Shown: positions 44,592 through 53,900 of the stretch, one piece after another | Numbering within the stretch: the stretch's first letter is position 1 | How the letters are laid out: each line of letters begins with the position of its first letter | Source of the DNA: an uncultured Verrucomicrobiae bacterium | GTDB lineage: Bacteria > Verrucomicrobiota > Verrucomicrobiia > Palsa-1439 | Length of the DNA: 64,000 bases | Assembly (NCBI GenBank): GCA_963812605.1 | Contig: CAWEWF010000004.1 | Coordinates: 352,001 to 416,000 of the forward strand | Reading direction: 5' to 3' | Made by a program: the position numbers and the translations under genes | Notes under the pieces: generated by a model | What the model was told of the DNA's origin: nothing | Databases searched by the model: none | Seen by the model: the letters and a program-made list of their open reading frames with translations, nothing else

Positions 44592-45335
44592 CTACGAGAT
44601 CTTCGACTTGACGATGAGGGTGAGGGCTTTCAGGCCTAGTTCGGTGGCGAGGAAGGGTTTGGCGATGACGTCGGTGCCGCCGCTGCGGCACATTTGGGCG
44701 CGATTCTCGAAACCGCTGGCGCTGGTGACGAAGAGGATCGGGGTCTTTTTGTAGTTCGGCAATGCGCGCAACTTCGTGCAGAGTTCCGTGCCGGTCATGC
44801 CGGGCATTTCGAGATCGAGCACGATGAGGTCGAACTGCCATTCCTGCGCCACGCTGAGCGCGGCCGAGGGATCGGACAACGCCTGTGACTTCAGGTTGGC
44901 TTTTTCCAGGGCGTTCATGACGGAGCGCAAGGCGATTTGCTGGTCATCGACTGCCAACGCCCGCGCGGTGGCCAGGTCCACCTCATGTCCGTCACCCTCG
45001 AACAGGGTGCAGAGCAGATCGACGGTTTGCGCCATCGTGCGGCGAACGGACTGCGTGACGCTATCGGGTTTTTCGACGAGTTGTTTGAGCATCGAATCGA
45101 AGGCGCCCACAATCCGCGCGATGGTCAGGAGCCGCGTCACGCTCGCATTTCCCGCCAGCGCGTGCACCTCGCTGTAGAGTTCCTGCAACTTCGTGACATC
45201 CGCCGGGTTTTTGGCGATGGCCTGCATGGCCTGGCGAATTAAGGCCGCGGCGCCCCCGCATTCCTTCAAACACGCCTCGCGCAGTTCGGCGCGCAATTCA
45301 TCATTTCGGGTCAGGGATGGCTCGACGACGCTCAT
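44592..45335 (-). CDS. Hpt + receiver domain protein
   Basis: HALAG; AVDD, LDLEMP, KPF. Confidence 0.85.
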   Translation of the reverse strand: MSVVEPSLTRNDELRAELREACLKECGGAAALIRQAMQAIAKNPADVTKLQELYSEVHALAGNASVTRLLTIARIVGAFDSMLKQLVEKPDSVTQSVRRTMAQTVDLLCTLFEGDGHEVDLATARALAVDDQQIALRSVMNALEKANLKSQALSDPSAALSVAQEWQFDLIVLDLEMPGMTGTELCTKLRALPNYKKTPILFVTSASGFENRAQMCRSGGTDVIAKPFLATELGLKALTLIVKSKIS

Positions 45336-45825
45336 AAGTCCGCTCCTGTACTGGTAATTTGTCCGCGCTCGGCCAGGGGAAACTTACCGCAGACGGTTCG
45401 GGGTGAAGGGACACGGCGGGCGCGAGTTTCGGTCAGGCTGCGGGCTGCGTCGCTAGGGTTGTCAGGGTCGACGTGTATGCCGCAGATACGTCTATCGCGC
45501 GCGCGACCGTGTGGGATTGCTTCGCTACCGAACCGTCCACGAGAGGGGTCCTTGAAAATTGAATTGTTCCTTATTATTCATACTGACCGCAGCCATCTTC
45601 CGCATCCCGCGTGCCGGTTTTTTGCGACGTGCGATAACCTGCTGTCTGCGCCGCTTTTGCGAAGGCAGATTTGCGTCCAAGAACCCTTTTGGCCGGGTGA
45701 ATGAACAATTCTGTCAAAGAACCGCTGCTGGGTTGCCGTTTCGGAAGGTCTTTCTTGACGAAGCTGCGGTAACACCGCTAAGGAAGACTGGTTGGGATCG
45801 AACGAATTTCGCAAGACTGAAAAAA

Positions 45826-46750
45826 ATGCAGCCGACTCTTCTGGTCATGGCCGCGGGCATGGGCAGCCGTTATGGCGGGCTGAAGCAAATCGACGCCGTC
45901 GGCCCCAACGGCGAAGCGATCATCGACTACTCAATTTACGACGCCTTGCGGGCGGGGTTCGAGCGGCTGGTGTTTGTCATCCGCCGCGACATCGAAGCGG
46001 CCTTTCGGGAGGCGATTGGCGGAAAGTTCGAGAAGCGGATCGCGGTCGATTACGTCTTCCAGGAACTCGACAACCTTCCGCCTGGATTTTCCGTCCCGCC
46101 CGGTCGCACCAAACCGTGGGGCACGACGCAGGCGATCCTCATGGCCAAGGAAGCCATACATGAGCCGTTCGCCGCGATCAATGCCGATGATTTTTATGGA
46201 CACGAGTCGTTTCAGGTCATGGCGGATTTTCTGCGGGCGAGCGGCGCTGACTACGCGATGATCGGCTACACCTTGCGAAACACCTTGTCCCAACACGGCA
46301 GCGTGTCGCGCGCGGTTTGCGAATGCGATCCGGCTGGTTTTCTGCGGGCCGTCGTGGAGTTGCCCAAAGTCGAGAAGCGGGATCGCGGCTGCGCAAGCGG
46401 AAGACCGCGCGCTCAGCGGCGACGAATTGGTGTCGATGAATTTCTGGGGTTTTACGCCCGCGTTGTTCCCGCAATTGCGGGAACAGTTCAATGCCTTTCT
46501 GCGACGCAGCGGGCAGGAATTGAAAAGCGAATCCTACATTCCCACAACGGTGAACGAACTGGTGGCGTCGGGCGCGGCCCGCGTAAAAGTCCTGCGCACC
46601 CCCGCTTCGTGGTTCGGCATCACGTACAAGGAAGACAAACCGCAGGTTGTCGCCAGCATTCTCCGGCTCGTGGAAGCCGGCGAATATCCGTCGAAGACTT
46701 TGGACGTGAAGTCGCGGCGCAAATCGATCGAGCGACCTAGGAAGGTGTGA
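45826..46750 (+). CDS. NTP-transferase family protein, frameshift near 46400
   Basis: MAAGMGSRYGGLKQ, INADDFYG, VSMNFWGF. Confidence 0.88.
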
Positions 46751-48683
46751 GGTCGGCTTTCAGGGCGGGCTTCAATTCGTTCACACGCGCGGCGGCTTGC
46801 TCCCAGTCGGCGGTCGCGCGGGCGAGGTCTTCCGTGACGGTGCTCAACTCGCGATTGACGGCGACGGCGCGGCCGGGTTTGTCGTAGGTCTCGGGCTTTT
46901 CCAGTTCGGCGGCCAATTCCTTCTGCTTCTGTTCCAGGCGGGCGATTTCTTTTTCCAGAGTACCCACGAGTTGTTCCTGTTCGCGACGCTCGCGCGACCG
47001 GACATTACGCGCCTCGGCTTCTGACCGCTTTTGTTCCTTGCCCTTGGGACGCGAAGAATTCACCGGCGGCGCGACCGGGACCGCTGACGCCGCGATCGCC
47101 GCGGCGATGGCCGCGGATTTTTCGAGATAGTATTGGTAATCGCCGTGGTAATGCATCAGCTCGCCGTTGTTCACGTGCAAGACGTACTTGGCGAGCTTGC
47201 GGATGAAATACACGTCATGGCTGATGAAAATCAGTGTGCCTTCGTAGGATTCCAGCGCGCCGATCAGCGCATCGATGCTCGCCATGTCGAGGTGCGTGGT
47301 GGGCTCGTCCATCAAGAGCAGGTTCGGCGGATCGAGCAGAAGTTTGACCAGCGCCAGACGGCTTTTCTCGCCGCCGCTGAGCACGCCGACCGATTTGAAG
47401 ACATCGTCGCCGCGAAATAGAAACGAGCCGAGGACGGTGCGGACGGTTTGCTCGGAGATGCGTTGGGGGGTGTCCAGCGCTTCCTCGACGACCGTGCGTT
47501 CGGCGTTCAGCATCTCGACGCGATACTGGGCGTAGTAACCGACCTTTACGTTCAAGCCCAACTCGCGCGTGCCGCCCTGGACGGGGAGCACGCCCGCCAG
47601 CAGTTTGAGCAGCGTGGATTTGCCCGCGCCGTTCGGGCCGACCAGCACGATGCGCTGGCCGCGCTCGGCCTCGAAGTTCATGCCGCGATAAACGACCGTG
47701 CTGCCATAGGCGTGGTTGATGTTCTTCAGCGTGATCACTTTCAACCCGCTGCGCTGCGGCTGCGGAAAACGGAATTTGATCTTGCGCGATTCGTTCACGG
47801 GCGCTTCGATCTTGTCCATGCGCTCGATCTGCTTGAGTTTGGCCTGCGCCTGCGACGCCTTGCTGGCCTTCGCGCGAAAACGGTCGGCGAACTCCTGCAA
47901 GCGCTGGATGTCGCGCTGCTGGTTCTTGTAAGCCGCCAGCAATTGTTCCGATTGCGCCTCGCGTTGCACGAGATATTCGTCGTAGTTGCCGCGATAGCGG
48001 AGCAACTGGCTCTGGCGAATCTCGACGATGCTGCCGACCAGCTGATTCAGGAATTCGCGGTCGTGCGAGATCAGCAACACGCCGCCCGGATAGGTTTTCA
48101 GGTACTCTTGAAACCACTGCAACGCTTCGAGGTCGAGATGGTTGGTTGGCTCGTCGAGCAGGAGCAGGTCGGGCTGTTGCACGAGCAACCGCGCGAGATG
48201 CGCGCGCATGACCCAGCCGCCGCTCATCGCTTTCAGTTGCCGATCGAAATCGCGCTCGCGGAACGCCAGCCCGCGCAGGATCGTCTTGGCCTGGGGTTCG
48301 AGCTGATAACCGCCGAGTTCGTCGAACCGCGCCTGCACTTCGTGGAAATCGTGCGACTCGGTGTCGTGACCCGCTTCGAACAACTTCAGCCGCCGCTGCA
48401 ATTCGGCGATCTCGGGCGTGATGGCCGTCGCCAACTCCAGCACCGTCTCCTCCCCCACGGGCGCGGTCTCCTGCGGCAAATGGCCCATCGTCCCATTGCG
48501 TTCGATGGTCACCTCGCCCTCGTCCGGCGAGTCGTAGCCGAGGACGAGCGAGAACAGCGTGGACTTGCCCGCGCCGTTCGGCCCGACCAGCCCGATGCGG
48601 TCGCCGCGATTGACCTGCAGCGACGCGTCCTCGAAGAGTACGTGCGCCCCAAAGGCCTTGGTCATTCCCGAAATCGTCATCAT
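46737..48683 (-). CDS. ABC-F ATPase (YheS/Uup-like)
   Basis: two NBDs, linker, C-terminal coiled coil. Confidence 0.93.
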   Translation of the reverse strand: MMTISGMTKAFGAHVLFEDASLQVNRGDRIGLVGPNGAGKSTLFSLVLGYDSPDEGEVTIERNGTMGHLPQETAPVGEETVLELATAITPEIAELQRRLKLFEAGHDTESHDFHEVQARFDELGGYQLEPQAKTILRGLAFRERDFDRQLKAMSGGWVMRAHLARLLVQQPDLLLLDEPTNHLDLEALQWFQEYLKTYPGGVLLISHDREFLNQLVGSIVEIRQSQLLRYRGNYDEYLVQREAQSEQLLAAYKNQQRDIQRLQEFADRFRAKASKASQAQAKLKQIERMDKIEAPVNESRKIKFRFPQPQRSGLKVITLKNINHAYGSTVVYRGMNFEAERGQRIVLVGPNGAGKSTLLKLLAGVLPVQGGTRELGLNVKVGYYAQYRVEMLNAERTVVEEALDTPQRISEQTVRTVLGSFLFRGDDVFKSVGVLSGGEKSRLALVKLLLDPPNLLLMDEPTTHLDMASIDALIGALESYEGTLIFISHDVYFIRKLAKYVLHVNNGELMHYHGDYQYYLEKSAAIAAAIAASAVPVAPPVNSSRPKGKEQKRSEAEARNVRSRERREQEQLVGTLEKEIARLEQKQKELAAELEKPETYDKPGRAVAVNRELSTVTEDLARATADWEQAAARVNELKPALKADLTPS

Positions 48684-48777
48684 ATCGAACCGCGAAGCCT
48701 ACTACCGAAAGCGGAGGTGAACAAGGTGGAATTCACCACGAAGAGCACGAAGAAGACACGAAGAACACGGAAGCGCT

Positions 48778-49272
48778 TTAACTTCCACAATCAGCGCACG
48801 ACCCCAGATTTAAGTCATTCCTGATCCAATCGTGAAGCTCACAACAGATTGTATCAGTGTTGTCGAGATCAACACTTTTATAAATATGACCAACTAGGTC
48901 AGTTGGCATGTGTTCAATAGAACGATCTTTCAGTAGCGCACAACGTCGCCCCGTGATGAGCATGCTACCAACCTCAATTGTGAGGTTGTAATTTAGTCCT
49001 TCCTTTTGACGATCTTCGAAGAAGGCGACTCCATATTGGCTAGCCCACATATGAGCCGCAGTGTTTGCCCAGAGTGTATCGTCAATTAACCGGTCCGACG
49101 CCAGGTGAAATTCAAGACCATGCATTGCGCACACTTTGCGGGCGGCTGCTAGAGCCGGTCCTACCGGATCATCAGCGCGTCCTGATTCACTCGGATCTGG
49201 AAAACGCGTCATCCCAAATACATTTCTTTCAAATGGATGCGCCGCTAAGAATCGCCCAAGACTAGCCACCAA
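48778..49272 (-). CDS. TIR-like/nucleoside deoxyribosyltransferase-like protein
   Basis: NVFGMTRF, NYNLTIEVG, LLKD...MPTDL.G; start uncertain. Confidence 0.65.
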   Translation of the reverse strand: MVASLGRFLAAHPFERNVFGMTRFPDPSESGRADDPVGPALAAARKVCAMHGLEFHLASDRLIDDTLWANTAAHMWASQYGVAFFEDRQKEGLNYNLTIEVGSMLITGRRCALLKDRSIEHMPTDLVGHIYKSVDLDNTDTICCELHDWIRNDLNLGSCADCGS

Positions 49273-49347
49273 TTGAGGTGGCGTGAATGTTGGTGGAACG
49301 ATGGTATGAGCAATCTCTCCTAAGGCGTGCTGACTTGCACAAATACT

Positions 49348-49863
49348 TCATTCTGCTTGTTTGTCATTATCTACGGGCTTGTTTTTCGTTCCTTTATTGA
49401 CTTGATAGGTTTTTTTGAAGAACAGCTCGCCATGTACGGTGGGTCGGAAGCCGTTGCCAGAACGGCGGAATAGACTCTTACCTTCCCGTTGAGCGTTTTT
49501 ATAGGTCATATCGACACGCTCAGGGACTGTAATGCCCACTTGATCCGCTATGTCTCTGATCTCGTCAGCAGTAAACTCTTCAGACCCATATAGGCTGTAG
49601 TGGAACCCTGCCACAGCCAACGCATTATCAGAGGGCTTGCCTTGTTTCAGTTTCGAGAAGAAGCCATCAAGGTTAACAGTTTCTGTCTTCTGTTCAATCG
49701 AGTCGGCATCCCGGAGTTCGGGTTCTTCAGCCGCTTGCCTTTTGCCGAACGGTACAATGCCTTCAAGAAGTTTCTCAAAAGCGATTCGTCGCAGACTTTC
49801 GTCTTTAATTACGCCCACTTGTTCTTCTAGGCTCTTCAACTTCTCGGTAAGTTCGTCGTCCAT
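49348..49863 (-). CDS. helical hairpin + putative winged-helix protein
   Basis: LRRIAFEKLL; EFTADEI, P.R, F.PT..G; RBS GGAG before ATG 49863. Confidence 0.7.
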   Translation of the reverse strand: MDDELTEKLKSLEEQVGVIKDESLRRIAFEKLLEGIVPFGKRQAAEEPELRDADSIEQKTETVNLDGFFSKLKQGKPSDNALAVAGFHYSLYGSEEFTADEIRDIADQVGITVPERVDMTYKNAQREGKSLFRRSGNGFRPTVHGELFFKKTYQVNKGTKNKPVDNDKQAE

Positions 49864-49907
49864 TATTTTCTCCAATTAATCCGTATTGTTGTGCGTTGCC
49901 ATTTCTA

Positions 49908-50391
49908 CTACTCCGTATCATTTGTGGTCAGCCAGCCTTCGACCTCCTCCAGCGCACTACCTGTGAGACGATAGTGCTGCACTCCACCGATTTTTTCGGC
50001 TTTCATCAGTCTTCCTGTCCTCTCCAAACCAGCCACTACATCGCTTGGGTTCTTAGGTGATTTTTCACGGCTGACTCAAAGGAGTCTCTTAAGATCCCCG
50101 CTAGAAAAGCTTTCCTTCCCTGCTTGCGTTTCCGCCCAGTACCCAAGGACGATCGCTTTGTCCGTCAGCTTGACTCTTCGACTCTTGCGAATCAGACTCT
50201 TGGGGCGCAAGGTCTCGCTTGGGCGATGTGACTACGTCAGTGCGAACTGCAACAGGAGCGACGTTCTGCGATGTTTCGCGGTAGAGAAGGAATTTAAACG
50301 CTTCGGGCTGTACTGGGCCGGGTAAACTCGCAGTAAATTCACCCAGGGCCTTAAGAATTTCACCGAACTCTTCAATTGACTTTATCTCCAT
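49908..50391 (-). CDS. similar hairpin + winged-helix protein, interrupted by a frameshift and a stop
   Basis: AFKFLL; SFSSGDL, PKNPSD, YRLTGS; AGGAG RBS; breaks near 50195 and 50077. Confidence 0.6.
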
Positions 50392-50498
50392 ATCTCCTCT
50401 TTTCTTGCCCCCATAAAGAAGGGCTCTGGTTTCTGTTTTTTTCCACACCTGTACTAATCATATATAGGAATTCACTTAATGCAAGAATAATTGTGATG

Positions 50499-51345
50499 GC
50501 ACCGAATTGTAGTCTTCGGCTCCGTCGCTGGTTCACACCGACTGCTTGGCGTGCCGGGTCAATGAATGATAAGCGCCGGGTGTTTGCTGCCGCTGCCGCG
50601 CGAATACATGCACCGCCAGGATTGCCTCTTGACATAGCAATTGATGAATGTTTGGCTAGCGGCCCAAAGTCGGAGCTCCATATGATTGCATGGATCTAAA
50701 CGAGGCACCGCCGAACGCAAACCGCTTCTTCCATGCAAGGAGTGGGTTTTTACGGGTCCGTGGTGGTTGTGTAGGCTTGGATAAGCCGATAATAAATCTA
50801 CATGAAAACTAATATATATATCTTACTATTTCTAATATATTCTGTTACAATTACTTACATAATTATATCTACATATCATAAATAGTATTTCACTATAGGA
50901 AAACTGTATACATGCGGCGCCGAATTGAAGTCTTCGGCTCCGTCGCTGGTTCACACCGATTGCTTGGCGTTCCGGACTCGTAGAGATCAGGACAATCGGC
51001 GCGATAGCCTCATTAACCTGTATTTTCGGCAGATTTAAGGATGTGGCCATCGGATTTTTCAAATCCAAGGCGATCACAAATTAGCATACGGTGGCATGAG
51101 AAACATACGGCAACTGCCTAAACACAAGTCGAGTCCGCGATTTAGAGGCCCAATGGATGATAGATGCGGTTGAAAGCACCTGTTCGTGTTTTATTTTTTT
51201 GATGCGTAAATAACACCGGTATAACGCATTCTGTTATATGATTAGAGCATAAGTCGAATTGCATGGCATGCAAGTAGTGAAGTCGCGGTGCCGAATTGTA
51301 GTCTTCGGTTCCGTCGTTGGTTCACACCGACTGCTTGGCATGCCG
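50499..51345. repeat. three 58-bp direct repeats with long unique spacers
   Basis: 50499-50556, 50917-50974, 51288-51345; 4-7 pairwise mismatches. Confidence 0.95.
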
Positions 51346-51669
51346 ATGCGCACTGAGATACAAATTCAGCAGTTTTTCGGGTGGCTTGAGATCAAAGACG
51401 TGCTCGTCTCCTGACGTATCTTCCCACAAAATCAAGGTAGTATTTTAATTAGTGGTGGCGCCAGGAATCCTTTCGCAGATTTATCCCTCGGTGCAAGCGC
51501 GGCAGACTTTTGGGCAGGAGCGGCAGATTCCTCCCGAGAATGGTGAACTTGAGCCCATAAAGGCAAAGGTAGATTGTCGTGTTGATATCGTAAATCGATA
51601 CTTTTTGCTGGACACGGTTTGTGGAGGTCGATATAGTTGGCGGGTGATGTATGAGCAGAAGACCAACAG

Positions 51670-52170
51670 CGGCAAGCGGAGCGCTTGCCCTACAATTCGG
51701 ATCGGCGGGAGGGTGGAATGGAGGGGATTTGGAGACCTACGGTCGAGAAAAGTGCGCGGTCGGGAGACCGGCGCACAACAATACCACTCGAACGCAGAAA
51801 GCTGCGGGCGGGACGCCCACGCCACTAGCAGGGAGATCCAAGGGGGGCCTATATATGTTTCTGCGAAACGAACCCACCGTTTTGGGAGGGCGTTTTTGGT
51901 GTAACCTTCAAGGAACACGGGGGTTGTGACGGAAAGTCCTGGAACATTCGGTGGGTTCGTTTTGGAAAACGAACCCAATTTCGGGGGGTTGGTTGCCGCG
52001 GAAACGGTGCTGCGTCGAAAAACGAACCTAAAATAGGTGCTGTAAATGAAGTCGCCGGCTGGTTTGTGTGTTCTTCGTGCATGCGGGCTAGACCCTTCGC
52101 TTCGCTCAAGGGTGACAACCTTCTGGACGCAGTGGTCCAAAATGAAGAACGACGGCAACCAAGATGGTTG
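51670..52170. repeat. REP-like cluster and AAACGAACCC repeats
   Basis: short palindromes ending CTAC/CAAC; aaacgaacccacc...ggtgggttcgttt inverted pair. Confidence 0.7.
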
Positions 52171-52442
52171 CCCTACAATTCGGAAACGATATTTGCGGTG
52201 CGGAGCAATATCTTGAATCGGGTGGGGCGTGAGATAGGCTGCGCGCTTAGTACTATGCGTTTCATCACGGGAAGGAAATCCGGGGAGCCCGTGCCGTACG
52301 GGCCGCTTTTCGTCGCTTTTCGTGAAATAATCGTTTTACATTTCCGAGATTTCTGTTCTAAGCTAGTGGTTGCTTGGAGAAAGGTTGCCTCGAGCACCTT
52401 CGAGGCCCATCTCGCGTCCGCGAGGCAGGAGACTGGCGAACC

Positions 52443-53849
52443 ATGAACATGACAGACTTACTGGCGAAAACAAAAACTGAATTGCTGAAGATCGCTCACC
52501 GACACGGCCTGCGGGGGGTGTCCACGCTCAAGAAGGAGGAGTTGGCCGACAGGATTCACGAGTCCCAGCAGCGGCCCAAAGGGAGCACCACCAAACAGCC
52601 GCTGGGTCCCAGTGTTGTCGCCCGCAGAATCGCTGACGCTGTCAAACGGCGCGCGGTTCGCAAATACGCCGGGGAACCCGTCGCTCACGCCGCCCCTGTC
52701 AAAGCCCGAACACAGGCTGTCCGGCCGGGACATCGCGCCAAAGTTGCCGCGAAATCCAGGCCCATGGAAATCGAGGCGGAAGAGACCGGCCGCCCATCCG
52801 AAGAACTTTCCGCCCACAAATTCGATGTCACGCCGGCAGCGGCGGCGCCCCGGCAGGTTTTTCAAGAGGAGCACCTGGGCGAATTGCCCGATGCCTACGG
52901 CACCGGCCATCTCTTTCTCACCGCCCGCGATCCGCATTGGCTTTACGTTTATTGGGATCTCAATTGGCAGCAGATGGCCGATTTTCGCGGCCAGGCCGCG
53001 GATGGCCGTTTGTTGCTGCGCGTTTTCGAGAAGAACCACGCGGAACCGTTTCAGGTACTGACGCTCGGCCACGATTCACGCAACTGGTACATCCCCGTCA
53101 ACAAGGCCGCCACCACGTACACTGCCGAGCTGGGTTTCTGGCGGCACGACGGCCATTTCCACGTAATCAGCCGTTCGCGCGAAGCCACGACGCCGCCCGA
53201 TGCGATCTCGCCCGATACCACGGCCCGGTTCGCCACCATCCCGATCGATATTTCGTTCCAGGAACTTTTTGCGATCATTCGCGGCCACATGCGCGACGGC
53301 GAGGCTTTGGCCGAAGCGTTGCATCGCCTGCAACTCGCGGGGTTCCGCTTCCCCTTCAAACTCGGGCTCGAACTCGGCCCGTGGACCACGGACCAGGCTG
53401 CCGAGTTGGAGCGCATTCTCGGCGGCGATCTGTTCCGTCGCATCCAGATGGGGTCGTTCGAAATCACGGAGTGGCTGCGCCGCCGTTTGCAGGAAGAACT
53501 CAGTTCGGGGATGTCCAGCGCGTTCAGTCCGTCGGGTTCGAGTTGGTCGGGCGCGCCGCAGAAGGGGTTCTGGTTCGCCGTGAACGCCGAGTTGATCATT
53601 TACGGCGCAACGGAACCGACGGCCAAGGTCACCATTGACGGCAAGCCCGTGAAATTGCGCAGTGACGGGACCTTCTCGTTCCAATATGCGTTCCCGGATG
53701 GACAGTACAAACTGCCGGTCGTCGCCATCTCGGCAGCCGGTGACGACCAACGCGAAGCGCAACTGACCTTTGAACGCCAAAGCCGCACGAAAGGCGGGGT
53801 GGGCAAGGTCAAACAACCGTCGCACCTCAAAGCGCCTGCCGCCGCGTAA
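52443..53849 (+). CDS. Rho_N + DUF4912 protein
   Basis: KTELLKIA...STLKKEEL; LPDAYG, RDPHWLYVYW. Confidence 0.85.
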   Translation: MNMTDLLAKTKTELLKIAHRHGLRGVSTLKKEELADRIHESQQRPKGSTTKQPLGPSVVARRIADAVKRRAVRKYAGEPVAHAAPVKARTQAVRPGHRAKVAAKSRPMEIEAEETGRPSEELSAHKFDVTPAAAAPRQVFQEEHLGELPDAYGTGHLFLTARDPHWLYVYWDLNWQQMADFRGQAADGRLLLRVFEKNHAEPFQVLTLGHDSRNWYIPVNKAATTYTAELGFWRHDGHFHVISRSREATTPPDAISPDTTARFATIPIDISFQELFAIIRGHMRDGEALAEALHRLQLAGFRFPFKLGLELGPWTTDQAAELERILGGDLFRRIQMGSFEITEWLRRRLQEELSSGMSSAFSPSGSSWSGAPQKGFWFAVNAELIIYGATEPTAKVTIDGKPVKLRSDGTFSFQYAFPDGQYKLPVVAISAAGDDQREAQLTFERQSRTKGGVGKVKQPSHLKAPAAA

Positions 53850-53900
53850 TTCGCGGCGCAACGAAGAACCCCGTTCCGAAACGAAACGCCGAAAGGAATT

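Noticed and set aside
50372-51077. Small ORFs sharing RQAVGVNQRRSRRLQFG
   Set aside because: The frame is open through all copies with some synonymous changes, but there are no shared starts, RBSs or flanking similarity. Treated as translation of a DNA repeat, though not fully excluded.
50499-51345. CRISPR array or integron attC array
   Set aside because: Spacers exceed 300 nt and no cas genes are present. The AAC/GTT R-boxes and pairing L-boxes, cassette ORFs and an integrase are all missing.
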